This document shows, in pieces, positions 25,052 through 34,163 of a stretch of DNA of 64,000 bases. The stretch is from contig CAZQZS010000001.1 of NCBI GenBank assembly GCA_964597895.1, positions 183,178-247,177 on the forward strand. Direction: 5' to 3'. Under the pieces are notes generated by a model, which worked only from the letters and a program-made list of their open reading frames with translations, was not told the origin of the DNA and did no database searches. Numbering within the stretch: the first letter of the stretch is position 1; every line of letters starts with the position of its first letter. Both the position numbers and the translations under genes were made by a program. This DNA is from an uncultured Candidatus Saccharibacteria bacterium. GTDB taxonomy: Bacteria; Patescibacteriota; Doudnabacteria; UBA920.

Positions 25052-26041
25052 ATGTTAAATCCAAAACAAAAATTAAATCCTGATTTAGGAAAAAGTACCA
25101 TTGAGCAAAAGGCCACTCGCGACGGTTTTGGCGACGCTCTTTTGGAACTGGGTGAAAAAGATGACCGCATTGTGGCGCTCACGGGAGACTTGGCAGAATC
25201 CACGCGCGTGCTGCCTTTTGCAGAAAAATTTCCAGAGCGGTTTATTGAATGCGGTGTGGCTGAGCAAAACATGATGGGCGTGGCGGCGGGTTTGGCTCTG
25301 GCGGGTAAGATTCCTTTCGCGGCAAGTTATGCAACGTTCAGTCCAGGTCGGAATTGGGATCAGTTGCGCGTGTCGGTTTGTTATAGCCAAGCCAACGTAA
25401 AAATTATCGGAGCGCATACAGGTGTTTCGGTCGGTCCGGATGGCGCAACTCACCAAGCTTTAGAGGATATTGCGATTACCAGAGTCTTACCGAATCTTAC
25501 AGTGATTCAGCCATGTGATGCACATGAGGCGCTCAAGGCAACTTCTGCAATAGCTCATGCCACTGGTCCGCATTATCTTCGTCTTACTCGCGAAAAAACC
25601 CCGCTGATTACTACTGAGGATTCGCCGTTTCAAATCGGCAAAGCCAATATCATCAAAGAAGGAAAGGATGTTGCCTTAATCGGCTGTGGCCCTGTCCTGT
25701 ATAATGGTATTAAGGCCGCCCTAGAGCTAGAGCCGGGAAATATTAATGTTTTAGTGATGAATTTGCACACTATCAAACCGTTAGATGATTCAGCTTTAAT
25801 TTGGGCTGCGAAATTAACTGGTGCGGTAGTAACTTTAGAAGAACATCAGGTTAACGGCGGGATGGGAAGTGCAGTAGCAGAATTTTATGCAAAGAATTAT
25901 CCGATTCCAATTGAAATGGTTGGTATGCAAGATAGTTTTGGAGAAAGCGGCAGACCAGAAGAATTGTGGGAAAAGTATGGCATGGGGGTTGAAGCAATTA
26001 AACAAGCAATACACAAAGTCATTAAGAGAAAGGTTAAATAA
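25052..26041 (+). CDS. Transketolase, C-terminal (pyrimidine-binding) subunit
   Basis: Tkt central and C-terminal domain similarity. Confidence 0.88.
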   Translation: MLNPKQKLNPDLGKSTIEQKATRDGFGDALLELGEKDDRIVALTGDLAESTRVLPFAEKFPERFIECGVAEQNMMGVAAGLALAGKIPFAASYATFSPGRNWDQLRVSVCYSQANVKIIGAHTGVSVGPDGATHQALEDIAITRVLPNLTVIQPCDAHEALKATSAIAHATGPHYLRLTREKTPLITTEDSPFQIGKANIIKEGKDVALIGCGPVLYNGIKAALELEPGNINVLVMNLHTIKPLDDSALIWAAKLTGAVVTLEEHQVNGGMGSAVAEFYAKNYPIPIEMVGMQDSFGESGRPEELWEKYGMGVEAIKQAIHKVIKRKVK

Positions 26042-26048
26042 TTTAGTC

Positions 26049-27074
26049 ATGCCAAAACCAAAATACGACATGATTGCCATCGGTGATCCAACTATAGATA
26101 CGTTCTTGTTTGTTGACGACATAGAAGTAAAGAAAATTAACGGCCAGCTCAAAGCTATTATCAGCTGGGGCGACAAGCTTCCAGTCAAAAAATTTGCGCG
26201 CACAGTTGCCGGAAACGCTGCTAATGCCGCGGTTGGTTCACGCCGTCTCGGATTAAGGACAGCTTTCTACACCGTACTTGCGCATGATACTGGCGGCCGC
26301 GAAATCGTGCACAAGATGCGCAAAGAAAAAGTTGCTACTGATTACATTGTGATAGATGAGAAGCACCCGACCAATGCTTCAACCGTCTTGAGCCATGACG
26401 GCGAGCGGACGATTTTTGTTTACCACGAGCACCGGCAATATAAACTGCCAAAATTAGCGACTACTTCTTGGGTTTACTTAACGAGTATGGGAGTTGGCTT
26501 TGAAAGAATTTATAAAGATTTAGCCAAGTATTTAGACAAGACGGGAGCCAAACTAGCATTCAATCCAGGAACTTTCCAACTCCGCAAAGGACCAAAGTTT
26601 AACAAGCAGATTTTGGAGCGCACAACTGTACTGTCTATTAATAAAGAAGAAGCCCAGAGCTGGGTGGGGAACAGTGAAGACTTTGAAGTTCTGGCAAAGA
26701 AACTTCTTCAATTAGGTCCGGAAAATGTTGTAATTACCGATGGCCGCAAAGGAGCGTATAGCTACGGCCCAGAAGGCTACTATTATATTCCAGAATTCCC
26801 AGGGCCACGCATTGAAGCAACTGGTGCGGGTGATAGTTTCACTACGGCGTATGTCGGCGCTTTAGCTTCTGGACTCTCACATGCGGAAGCGTTGCGCTGG
26901 GGTCCGGTTAATGCCGGCAGTGTAGTTATGGCTATTGGCCCCCAAGAAGGTTTGCTGACCAAGAAGCAGATTCTATCCAAGCTCTCCCGCCGTAAGAGTT
27001 ATAAACCCGTGGCCATGAAGGACGAAAAAACCAAATCAAAAATTGCCGCGATGGTTGGCAAGATGAAAGATTAG
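26049..27074 (+). CDS. PfkB-family carbohydrate kinase (track ORF 25887 is an upstream extension overlapping tkt)
   Basis: GAGDSFTTAY PfkB signature 2; start chosen at MPKPKYDMIAIGD. Confidence 0.75.
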   Translation: MPKPKYDMIAIGDPTIDTFLFVDDIEVKKINGQLKAIISWGDKLPVKKFARTVAGNAANAAVGSRRLGLRTAFYTVLAHDTGGREIVHKMRKEKVATDYIVIDEKHPTNASTVLSHDGERTIFVYHEHRQYKLPKLATTSWVYLTSMGVGFERIYKDLAKYLDKTGAKLAFNPGTFQLRKGPKFNKQILERTTVLSINKEEAQSWVGNSEDFEVLAKKLLQLGPENVVITDGRKGAYSYGPEGYYYIPEFPGPRIEATGAGDSFTTAYVGALASGLSHAEALRWGPVNAGSVVMAIGPQEGLLTKKQILSKLSRRKSYKPVAMKDEKTKSKIAAMVGKMKD

Positions 27075-27075
27075 C

Positions 27076-27942
27076 ATGCTTGTTCACATCAAAGAACTAT
27101 TCGAAAAACCAGTCCGGGGTAAGTTCGCTTATCCGGCCTTTAATACTATCAACTTTGAGACCACTCGGGGCATTATTGATGCTGCCGAAGAAATGGGAAC
27201 TCCGGTAATAATTGAAACGACTGAATCCACTGTGAAGTATGCAGGCTTAGAAACCATTTTTGAAACTGTGGCTAGTTTGGCTATCAAGTCAACGGTGCCG
27301 ATTGTACTTCATTATGATCACGGTAAAGAGGCGGATCATCTAAAGAGGGCTATCCAATTAGGATACTCGTCAGTTATGATTGACCATTCTGCCCTGGATC
27401 TCGATCAGAATATCAAAGATACTAAAGAAATGGTTGAGTTCGCTCATAAGGAGGGTGCTTGGGTTCAAGGCGAGGTTGGTAAGATTCGAGGTAATGAAGA
27501 TTGGGTTTCCGTGTCCGAAACGGAAGCGTTACTGACCGAACCAGAGGAGGCGGAGAAGTTTTGGCAAGCTACTGGAGTCGACACCTTGGCTAGTGCAGTC
27601 GGGACTATTCACGGTATAATAAAAATGACCGGAAACGCTAAAGCCCATGTTGATATTGAAAGGATAGAGCAGATTGCAAGCCGGGTTCCTGTACCTTTGG
27701 TCCTTCATGGAGCAAGTGGGGTTCCAGATGATATAATATTGAAAGCGATAAGTGCTGGTATATCGATAATCAATATTGATACGGAAATTAGAATCGGATT
27801 TTCTTCTGAACTTCGCAAAGCTTTAGCAGACCATCCCGATGAGATTGATCCGCGCAAATATCTCACCCCAGCGATTGAAGGCGTGAAAAACGCCGCTATA
27901 AGGAAGTTAAAAGCTTTTAAAACTATTAATCAAGTATTTTAA
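27076..27942 (+). CDS. fba: Class II fructose-bisphosphate aldolase
   Basis: Class II aldolase fold motifs (HYDHG, GEVG). Confidence 0.85.
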   Translation: MLVHIKELFEKPVRGKFAYPAFNTINFETTRGIIDAAEEMGTPVIIETTESTVKYAGLETIFETVASLAIKSTVPIVLHYDHGKEADHLKRAIQLGYSSVMIDHSALDLDQNIKDTKEMVEFAHKEGAWVQGEVGKIRGNEDWVSVSETEALLTEPEEAEKFWQATGVDTLASAVGTIHGIIKMTGNAKAHVDIERIEQIASRVPVPLVLHGASGVPDDIILKAISAGISIINIDTEIRIGFSSELRKALADHPDEIDPRKYLTPAIEGVKNAAIRKLKAFKTINQVF

Positions 27943-27946
27943 ATTT

Positions 27947-28183
27947 ATGATTCAAGGAAGTGGCTTGCAGGATAAAAATGTGAGATTGCGCTTTTTGATG
28001 TATATTTTCTTGGGCGTGATCGCATTTGGCTCTTTACTCTATTGGAGGACAGCTGCCTTAGATTCAGCTGAGTATGTTGAATTTGCGACTCCCCAAAAAA
28101 GCAAAGCTGATAGATTAGAGAATAATTTGCGCTCTAACCGCTACCAGATTGAAACCTTCGATAGTTCGCCGACTATCAATTAA
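27947..28183 (+). CDS. Small hypothetical membrane protein (78 aa)
   Basis: One TM helix; tight spacing in operon. Confidence 0.4.
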   Translation: MIQGSGLQDKNVRLRFLMYIFLGVIAFGSLLYWRTAALDSAEYVEFATPQKSKADRLENNLRSNRYQIETFDSSPTIN

Positions 28184-28198
28184 TTTGTAGGAAACAAA

Positions 28199-29230
28199 AT
28201 GTTAAAAACCAAACTCGCGATAAATGGCTTCGGCCGCATTGGTCGCCAAGCTTTTAAAATCGCCTTAGAAAAACCAGAATTGGAAATTGTCGCGATAAAT
28301 GATTTAACCAGCCCCGAAGCTTTGGCTGGTTTATTGAAATATGATTCCAATTACGGCAAGTATGCAGAAAGCGTGGATTTTGACGAGAAACATGTCATTG
28401 TCGGAGGTAAAAAATTCCCAGTGTATGCCGAAAAGGATCCTAGTCTTTTGCCTTGGAAAGATTTGGAAGTTGATGTGGTGATAGAGAGCACAGGCCGCTT
28501 TACGGATAGCGAAAAAGCCGGTGCGCATCTGACTGCTGGTGCAAAACGGGTAATTATTTCTGCTCCAGCCAAAGACGAAGGTATGACCAAGACTTTTGTG
28601 CTGGGCGTAAACGATGACAAGTATTCTGACGAGGCGATTATCAGCAATGCCTCATGCACCACCAACTGTATTGCGCCAGTGGCGCATGTTTTGCACACCA
28701 AGTTCGGGATTCAAAAGGCAATGATGACAACCATTCATAGCTACACTGCAGAGCAGAATTTGGTGGATGGACCGCCTCCTGGCGGGCATGCTAATGATAT
28801 GCGCCGCGCCCGCGCTGCCGCCGTGAATATTGTACCGACTACCACAGGGGCTGCTATTTCGGCCACCGAAACCATCCCTGCTCTTAAAGGTTTGTTTGAC
28901 GGCATGGCTATCCGCGTACCGACCCCTGTCGGCAGCTTGTCTGACTTTACAGTGCTTCTGTCTAAAGATGTGACAGCCGAAGAAGTGAATAAAGCTTTCG
29001 AAGAAGCTGCGAACCATCCATTATATAAAGATCGCATTTCGGTAACTTATGATCCTATCGTATCTACCGATATCGTCGGCAACCCTTCTTCCGCTATTGT
29101 TGATTTGGCTCTGACTAAAGTTGTAGGCGGCAACATGGTTAAAGTTATTGCTTGGTATGACAATGAATTTGGTTACTCTAATCGTTTAGTAGAGCAGTGT
29201 GTGTTGGTTGGCCAGACTTTGCACAAATAG
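28199..29230 (+). CDS. gap: Glyceraldehyde-3-phosphate dehydrogenase
   Basis: INGFGRIGR, SNASCTTNC active site. Confidence 0.95.
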   Translation: MLKTKLAINGFGRIGRQAFKIALEKPELEIVAINDLTSPEALAGLLKYDSNYGKYAESVDFDEKHVIVGGKKFPVYAEKDPSLLPWKDLEVDVVIESTGRFTDSEKAGAHLTAGAKRVIISAPAKDEGMTKTFVLGVNDDKYSDEAIISNASCTTNCIAPVAHVLHTKFGIQKAMMTTIHSYTAEQNLVDGPPPGGHANDMRRARAAAVNIVPTTTGAAISATETIPALKGLFDGMAIRVPTPVGSLSDFTVLLSKDVTAEEVNKAFEEAANHPLYKDRISVTYDPIVSTDIVGNPSSAIVDLALTKVVGGNMVKVIAWYDNEFGYSNRLVEQCVLVGQTLHK

Positions 29231-29349
29231 AAAACCGACCTCTTTACAAGGCCGGTTGGTTGGTTACATCAACACGTAGAAGATGTAAACTATGATCAGC
29301 GCGCCAACAACATTGAAGGCGACTAAAAATCTGAGAGGAGATATGCGTG

Positions 29350-29469
29350 CTAACCGTTCCATATCAACACAATACCTCCTATGATGAGCATCACAATGAT
29401 GATAGTCACCGTTACGCTGTCGGGAATTTGCAGCTTATCTTCGTCCGCGATTTTAGGATTCAGATTCAT
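29350..29469 (-). CDS. Candidate small membrane protein (39 aa) antisense to the gap-pgk spacer
   Basis: GAGGAGG 11 nt upstream of ATG; one TM helix; followed on minus strand by hairpin aaccggcct/aggtcggtt plus tttt at 29231-29262. Confidence 0.35.
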   Translation of the reverse strand: MNLNPKIADEDKLQIPDSVTVTIIIVMLIIGGIVLIWNG

Positions 29470-29532
29470 TTCATGTTAGTCCTCCTCAGGCATGGGAATT
29501 CAGCATCAATATTAAACCATAATTTAATATAA

Positions 29533-30765
29533 TTGTCAATTAAGCAAATTTCAGCCGAAAAAAACCTCAGAGATAAGCGTATAATATTACGTTTAGATTT
29601 AAACGAGCCTATTGATGATGCAGGTAAACTCCTGGATGATTTTAGGATTTTAGCCGCTCTACCAACCATCAAAGAGTTCTGGAAGAATGGCAATAAGCTG
29701 ATTTTAGTTTCTCATTTGGGCAGGCCTGAAGGCCGAGCTGTCGGTAAGCTTTCGCTTCGTCCAGTTGCTATGCGTTTAGCAGAATTACTACAAGCTAAAT
29801 TTGTGGAAACCAGTAACCAACTGCCGGATTACGCTGTGCGGCACTTGATATTTTATACGGGTAATGTGGCTGATAATCAGACTCGAGATATTTTATCTAA
29901 GCAGTTACCTAAAGATATTGTTTTACTAGAAAATATTCGCTTTGATTACGGTGAGGAGTCTTCTGATGAGAGTTTTGCAAAACACTTGGCCGCGTTAGGG
30001 GACGTGTTCGTTAATGAGGCGTTTAGCGTATCCCATCGCAATGCAGCTTCAATTACGGCTTTACCAGAATTGTTGCCTGGCTACGCCGGTCCATTGCTTG
30101 CCAAAGAAACCTCAGCACTAGATGTTTTATTGTCAGGCCGATATAAAAAACCGTTTATCTTGATGATGGGCGGTATCAAAATCACCGATAAGTCCCAAAC
30201 TTTGATGAATTTAGGAAAGTTCGCGGATAAAATTTTGATCGGCGGGGGGTTGGCCAATTTATTTTTGGCGGCGCAGGGTTACGATGTGGATGTGCAGGAT
30301 GACAAAGCCAGCATCTCCATTGCCAAACAAATTCTGTTGAACTACAAGTCTAAAATTGTATTACCGGTTGATGCGACTTGTTATTCTGCCAACAAGCGAA
30401 CTGGCAGCAAGGTGGTTGTAAAGAAGATTCCTGATATTACCAAATTAGATAAAGTTTATGATATTGGTCCAGCCACGATACTGGAATTTACCAAAATCTT
30501 GCAAACTGCCGGGACGATTTGCTGGAACGGACCAATGGGCTACTTTGAAGAAAAGCCTTATCGGGCCGGGACTTTAAGCATGGCTAAAGTGGTCGGCGGA
30601 CTTGGCAAGCGCAAAGCTTATGTTGTTGCTGGCGGCGGCGAAACTGTGGCGGCGATTAGGCAATCTGGACAACTTGATCATCTGGACCATGTTTCTACTG
30701 GCGGCGGCGCCATGCTAGAATATTTAGCCGGCAGTAAACTTCCAGGCATAGAAGTATTAAAATAA
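29533..30765 (+). CDS. pgk: Phosphoglycerate kinase (TTG start per track)
   Basis: RLDLNEP, GGGA...; PGK fold. Confidence 0.9.
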   Translation: MSIKQISAEKNLRDKRIILRLDLNEPIDDAGKLLDDFRILAALPTIKEFWKNGNKLILVSHLGRPEGRAVGKLSLRPVAMRLAELLQAKFVETSNQLPDYAVRHLIFYTGNVADNQTRDILSKQLPKDIVLLENIRFDYGEESSDESFAKHLAALGDVFVNEAFSVSHRNAASITALPELLPGYAGPLLAKETSALDVLLSGRYKKPFILMMGGIKITDKSQTLMNLGKFADKILIGGGLANLFLAAQGYDVDVQDDKASISIAKQILLNYKSKIVLPVDATCYSANKRTGSKVVVKKIPDITKLDKVYDIGPATILEFTKILQTAGTICWNGPMGYFEEKPYRAGTLSMAKVVGGLGKRKAYVVAGGGETVAAIRQSGQLDHLDHVSTGGGAMLEYLAGSKLPGIEVLK

Positions 30766-30787
30766 CGCCTCGGGCGTTTTTTTATTT
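30764..30787 (+). terminator. Rho-independent terminator after pgk
   Basis: aacgcc-tcg-ggcgtt then ttttttattt. Confidence 0.75.
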
Positions 30788-30797
30788 CGCGCAAAAA

Positions 30798-30806
30798 TGG
30801 TATAAT
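30798..30806 (+). promoter_or_regulatory. Extended -10 promoter TGgTATAAT upstream of eno
   Basis: tggtataat motif. Confidence 0.5.
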
Positions 30807-30853
30807 TAATTTGAAACCCGACTTAAGAAATAAAAACTGCAAAAAGAAAATTC

Positions 30854-32101
30854 ATGCCTAAGCTCACAAAATTAACAGCTCGACAGATTTTGGATAGCCG
30901 TGGAAATCCTACCGTTGAGGTAAGGGCTTTTTCTGGGAAGGATTTTGCAGTCGCCAGCGTGCCGAGCGGTGCTTCTACTGGCAGTCATGAGGCTATTGAG
31001 CTGCGCGATCACGGTAAAACTTTTTCTGGAGCCAGCGTGGCAAAGGCAGTCCGAAACATTGAGACTAAAATTGCCAGGAAGCTAAAAGGTTTGGATGTTT
31101 ATGATCAGGAAGTTATTGATTTAGCTATGGTTGAACTAGACGGCTCCGAGCAAAAAGGGCGCTTGGGCGGCAATAGTATTTTGGGAGTTTCATTGGCCAT
31201 TGCCAGACTGAGCAGTCAATTAAGCGGTCAGCCGCTGTATTTATATTTGGCTAAAACTTACGGATATCGCAAACCCAGTAAATTGCCAACTCCATTGTTT
31301 AATGTGATTAACGGTGGGCTACATGCAGACAGTGGTACTGATGTGCAGGAGTTTTTTCTAATTCCCAAAAAGGGCAATTATTGGAACCGGCTTGATGCTG
31401 CGCACAAAGTTATCTCTGCTCTTAAGCTGGAGCTTGCCAAAAAGAAACTGTCTGTTGGAGTCGGCGATGAGGGTGGCTTTGCGCCCAAATTAAATTCTAA
31501 TGAAAAGGCTTTGCGCTTGCTTCATTCGGCTGTACATCATGCAGGATTAAGACTCGGCCGTGACATAGCTTTAGGAATAGACGCAGCGGCTACGGTATTC
31601 TTTGATTCTGACAAAGAAATTTATCGTTTCAAAGCCGATAAGCGAAATTTTAAGCCCGCTAGCGTTTATCAGTTATACGCGCGGTGGATTAAAAAGTATC
31701 ATTTGGAAGTAATAGAGGATGGCTGTAGCGAGGATGACCTTTTAGGTTGGCAAAAGCTTACTGTTCAGCTTGGAAAAAAGATTTGCCTAGTTGGCGATGA
31801 TTTGTTCGTCACGAATCCTTATCGTCTGCAAGCAGGGATTATCGCGGGCGTTGCCAACGCGGTTCTGATTAAACCTAATCAAATAGGCACTCTGACCGAA
31901 ACCATGGCCACAATCTCTTTGGCCCAGCGGTACGGTTATAAGGTCGTAGTTTCTCATCGGAGCGGTGAAACCGTTGATGATTTTATTGCTGACTTGGCTG
32001 TGGCAGTCGGCGCCGATTACATCAAGGCTGGCAGCTTGGCTCGCGGTGAGCGCGTCGCCAAGTATAATCGGCTGTTAGCGATAGAAGAGGAGCTTTCTTA
32101 G
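30854..32101 (+). CDS. eno: Enolase
   Basis: ARQILDSRGNPTVEV N-terminus. Confidence 0.95.
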   Translation: MPKLTKLTARQILDSRGNPTVEVRAFSGKDFAVASVPSGASTGSHEAIELRDHGKTFSGASVAKAVRNIETKIARKLKGLDVYDQEVIDLAMVELDGSEQKGRLGGNSILGVSLAIARLSSQLSGQPLYLYLAKTYGYRKPSKLPTPLFNVINGGLHADSGTDVQEFFLIPKKGNYWNRLDAAHKVISALKLELAKKKLSVGVGDEGGFAPKLNSNEKALRLLHSAVHHAGLRLGRDIALGIDAAATVFFDSDKEIYRFKADKRNFKPASVYQLYARWIKKYHLEVIEDGCSEDDLLGWQKLTVQLGKKICLVGDDLFVTNPYRLQAGIIAGVANAVLIKPNQIGTLTETMATISLAQRYGYKVVVSHRSGETVDDFIADLAVAVGADYIKAGSLARGERVAKYNRLLAIEEELS

Positions 32102-32102
32102 C

Positions 32103-32333
32103 ATGGTCCAACCCGGTATTTGGGAGCATTATAAAGGTGGTCGCTACGAAGTTGTTTTGAATGCGCTACTGGAAAATGATGAACGGCCTGCTGTAGTATA
32201 CCGAGCTTTGTATAGCAACGATAAATCGGAATATTGGATACGCACCGAACAGGATTTTTTGGCAGAGGTTGAAGTAAATGGACAGAGTATGCCTAGATTT
32301 AAATTAGTGGAGGCGCATGATCAAGACTTATAA
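32103..32333 (+). CDS. DUF1653-like small protein
   Basis: G.WEHYKGGRYEV...VVYRALY pattern. Confidence 0.6.
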   Translation: MVQPGIWEHYKGGRYEVVLNALLENDERPAVVYRALYSNDKSEYWIRTEQDFLAEVEVNGQSMPRFKLVEAHDQDL

Positions 32334-33933
32334 AAAAATTGTACTAATAGTATTGGATGGTTTTGGGGTCGCAACTTACAGTCATGGGAATGCGATTGCT
32401 ATGGCAAATCCGGAAGCTTTGAACGACATGATCGCTAACTATCCATCCCTCACATTACTAGCTTCAGGTCCAGTGGTTGGTTTGCCTTGGGGGGAAATGG
32501 GCAACTCCGAAGTTGGTCACTTAAACATGGGAGCGGGCCGTATAGTGGGCCAGGATTTACCTCGTATAAACACGGCGATTTCTAACCGCTCATTTTTTAG
32601 CAACCAGATTTTGCTGGACTCTATTGAGCATGTTAAAAAGAATAGCTCTAAGCTGCATTTGATCGGTCTTGTTAGCGAGGGTGGCGTGCACGGCAGCAGC
32701 GAGCATCTATATGCGTTACTGGCATTGGCTGCTGAGCAGGGTATTAAAGATGTCTTTATTCATATGATTACTGATGGGCGCGACACTGGTCCGAAAGTTG
32801 CCTTAGATGCTTTGCGCAAATTGCGAACTAAAATTGAAGAAATTGGCGTAGGGAAAGTCGCAACCATAACTGGAAGATTTTATGCCATGGACCGTGGTGG
32901 CCATTGGGAACAAACTATGGCAGCTTACCGGGCAATGGTTTTTGGAAGTGGTTCAGCTGCGGAGACTGCCGAAGATGCTGTGCTTAACAATTACAATCAG
33001 AATGTTTTTGATGAAATGATCCCTCCAACCGTTATCGTAGACCGGTCTGATAGTAGCCAAATAAAGCCAACAGCAGTAATCGGTTCAAATGACTCAGTTA
33101 TTTTTTATAATTTTCGCTCTGACCGAGCCTTACAGTTAACTGAAGCATTTATGAAGCCAGAAGCGGTGCCAGCAGAACCTGGTCCGGCGCATCTGGATAA
33201 TTTGTTTTTCGTGACCATGACCGAGTATTTTGAAGATTTGCCCGTACACGTAGCCTTTCCGCCAACGAATTTGCAGAACAATCTGGCAGAAGTTTTGGCT
33301 GCTAACGGTCTTAAACAGTATCATATTGCAGAAACAGAAAAGTACGCCCATGTTACTTCATTCTTTAACGGCGGCGCCAGCGAGTCTTTGATTGGAGAAC
33401 AGCGGACAATTGTGCAAAGCCCGGTGAATGATAAGAATTACGTTGACCGTCCGGAGATGTCTGGGTTGGAAATCACCACTAAGCTGATAGAAAAGATTAC
33501 TAACGAAGACTTTTCCTTTTATTTAGCCAACTTTGCCAACGCCGATATGGTTGGCCATACAGGTAGTATTGATTCTGCCACCAAGGCTATTCAGTATTTG
33601 GACAGATTTTTGGAGCAAATTCGCCGAGCTGCTTTGGATGCCGGTGCTTTACTCCTGATCACTGCTGATCATGGCAACGCAGAGTATATGATTGAATCTA
33701 AAACCGGTGATATCAATAAAGAGCACACTACCAGCCCAGTGCCATTTGTAGTTGTGGCTAAAGAGCTGGCCTTTCACAAGCCCAAGCAGCGCAATTATTT
33801 ATCCCTTTCCGGGATGGTTCCTTCGGGGGTAATTTCGGATATTGCGCCTACTATTTTAGAATTTTTTGGCATAGACAAGCCAAAAGAAATGACTGCCGTG
33901 AGTTTGGTGGAGCAGATTGAATCGCAATTGTGA
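32317..33933 (+). CDS. gpmI: 2,3-bisphosphoglycerate-independent phosphoglycerate mutase
   Basis: LIVLDGFG, SEVGHLNMGAGR metal-site motifs. Confidence 0.93.
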   Translation: MIKTYKKIVLIVLDGFGVATYSHGNAIAMANPEALNDMIANYPSLTLLASGPVVGLPWGEMGNSEVGHLNMGAGRIVGQDLPRINTAISNRSFFSNQILLDSIEHVKKNSSKLHLIGLVSEGGVHGSSEHLYALLALAAEQGIKDVFIHMITDGRDTGPKVALDALRKLRTKIEEIGVGKVATITGRFYAMDRGGHWEQTMAAYRAMVFGSGSAAETAEDAVLNNYNQNVFDEMIPPTVIVDRSDSSQIKPTAVIGSNDSVIFYNFRSDRALQLTEAFMKPEAVPAEPGPAHLDNLFFVTMTEYFEDLPVHVAFPPTNLQNNLAEVLAANGLKQYHIAETEKYAHVTSFFNGGASESLIGEQRTIVQSPVNDKNYVDRPEMSGLEITTKLIEKITNEDFSFYLANFANADMVGHTGSIDSATKAIQYLDRFLEQIRRAALDAGALLLITADHGNAEYMIESKTGDINKEHTTSPVPFVVVAKELAFHKPKQRNYLSLSGMVPSGVISDIAPTILEFFGIDKPKEMTAVSLVEQIESQL

Positions 33934-33973
33934 TCAGATTTGGTTATGCTATGATGGAAAGGTTAGAACTCTG

Positions 33974-34136
33974 TCGCTCATTTGGCTTAAGTTGTAAGTA
34001 AATTCCAACTTTCAGCCAAATATCGCCCCTTCGGGGTTTAGTCAATTTCATTGTCATCGGCTTCCGTTACTCATTCATCGTACTATTAAGTACGACTCAT
34101 TCGTTACTCAGCCGATTCCTCGAGCTTGACTAAACG
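33974..34136 (+). repeat. Family-B structured intergenic repeat, copy 2 (gccccttcggggttt; hairpin cgtac-tattaa-gtacg)
   Basis: See 22818-22978. Confidence 0.8.
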
Positions 34137-34163
34137 CCAGTGTTCTAGGTATTTAAGTAGATT

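Noticed and set aside
29347-29532. Plus-strand 61-aa ORF in the gap-pgk spacer
   Set aside because: No SD, odd composition; the minus-strand 39-aa ORF with SD and terminator is the better candidate.
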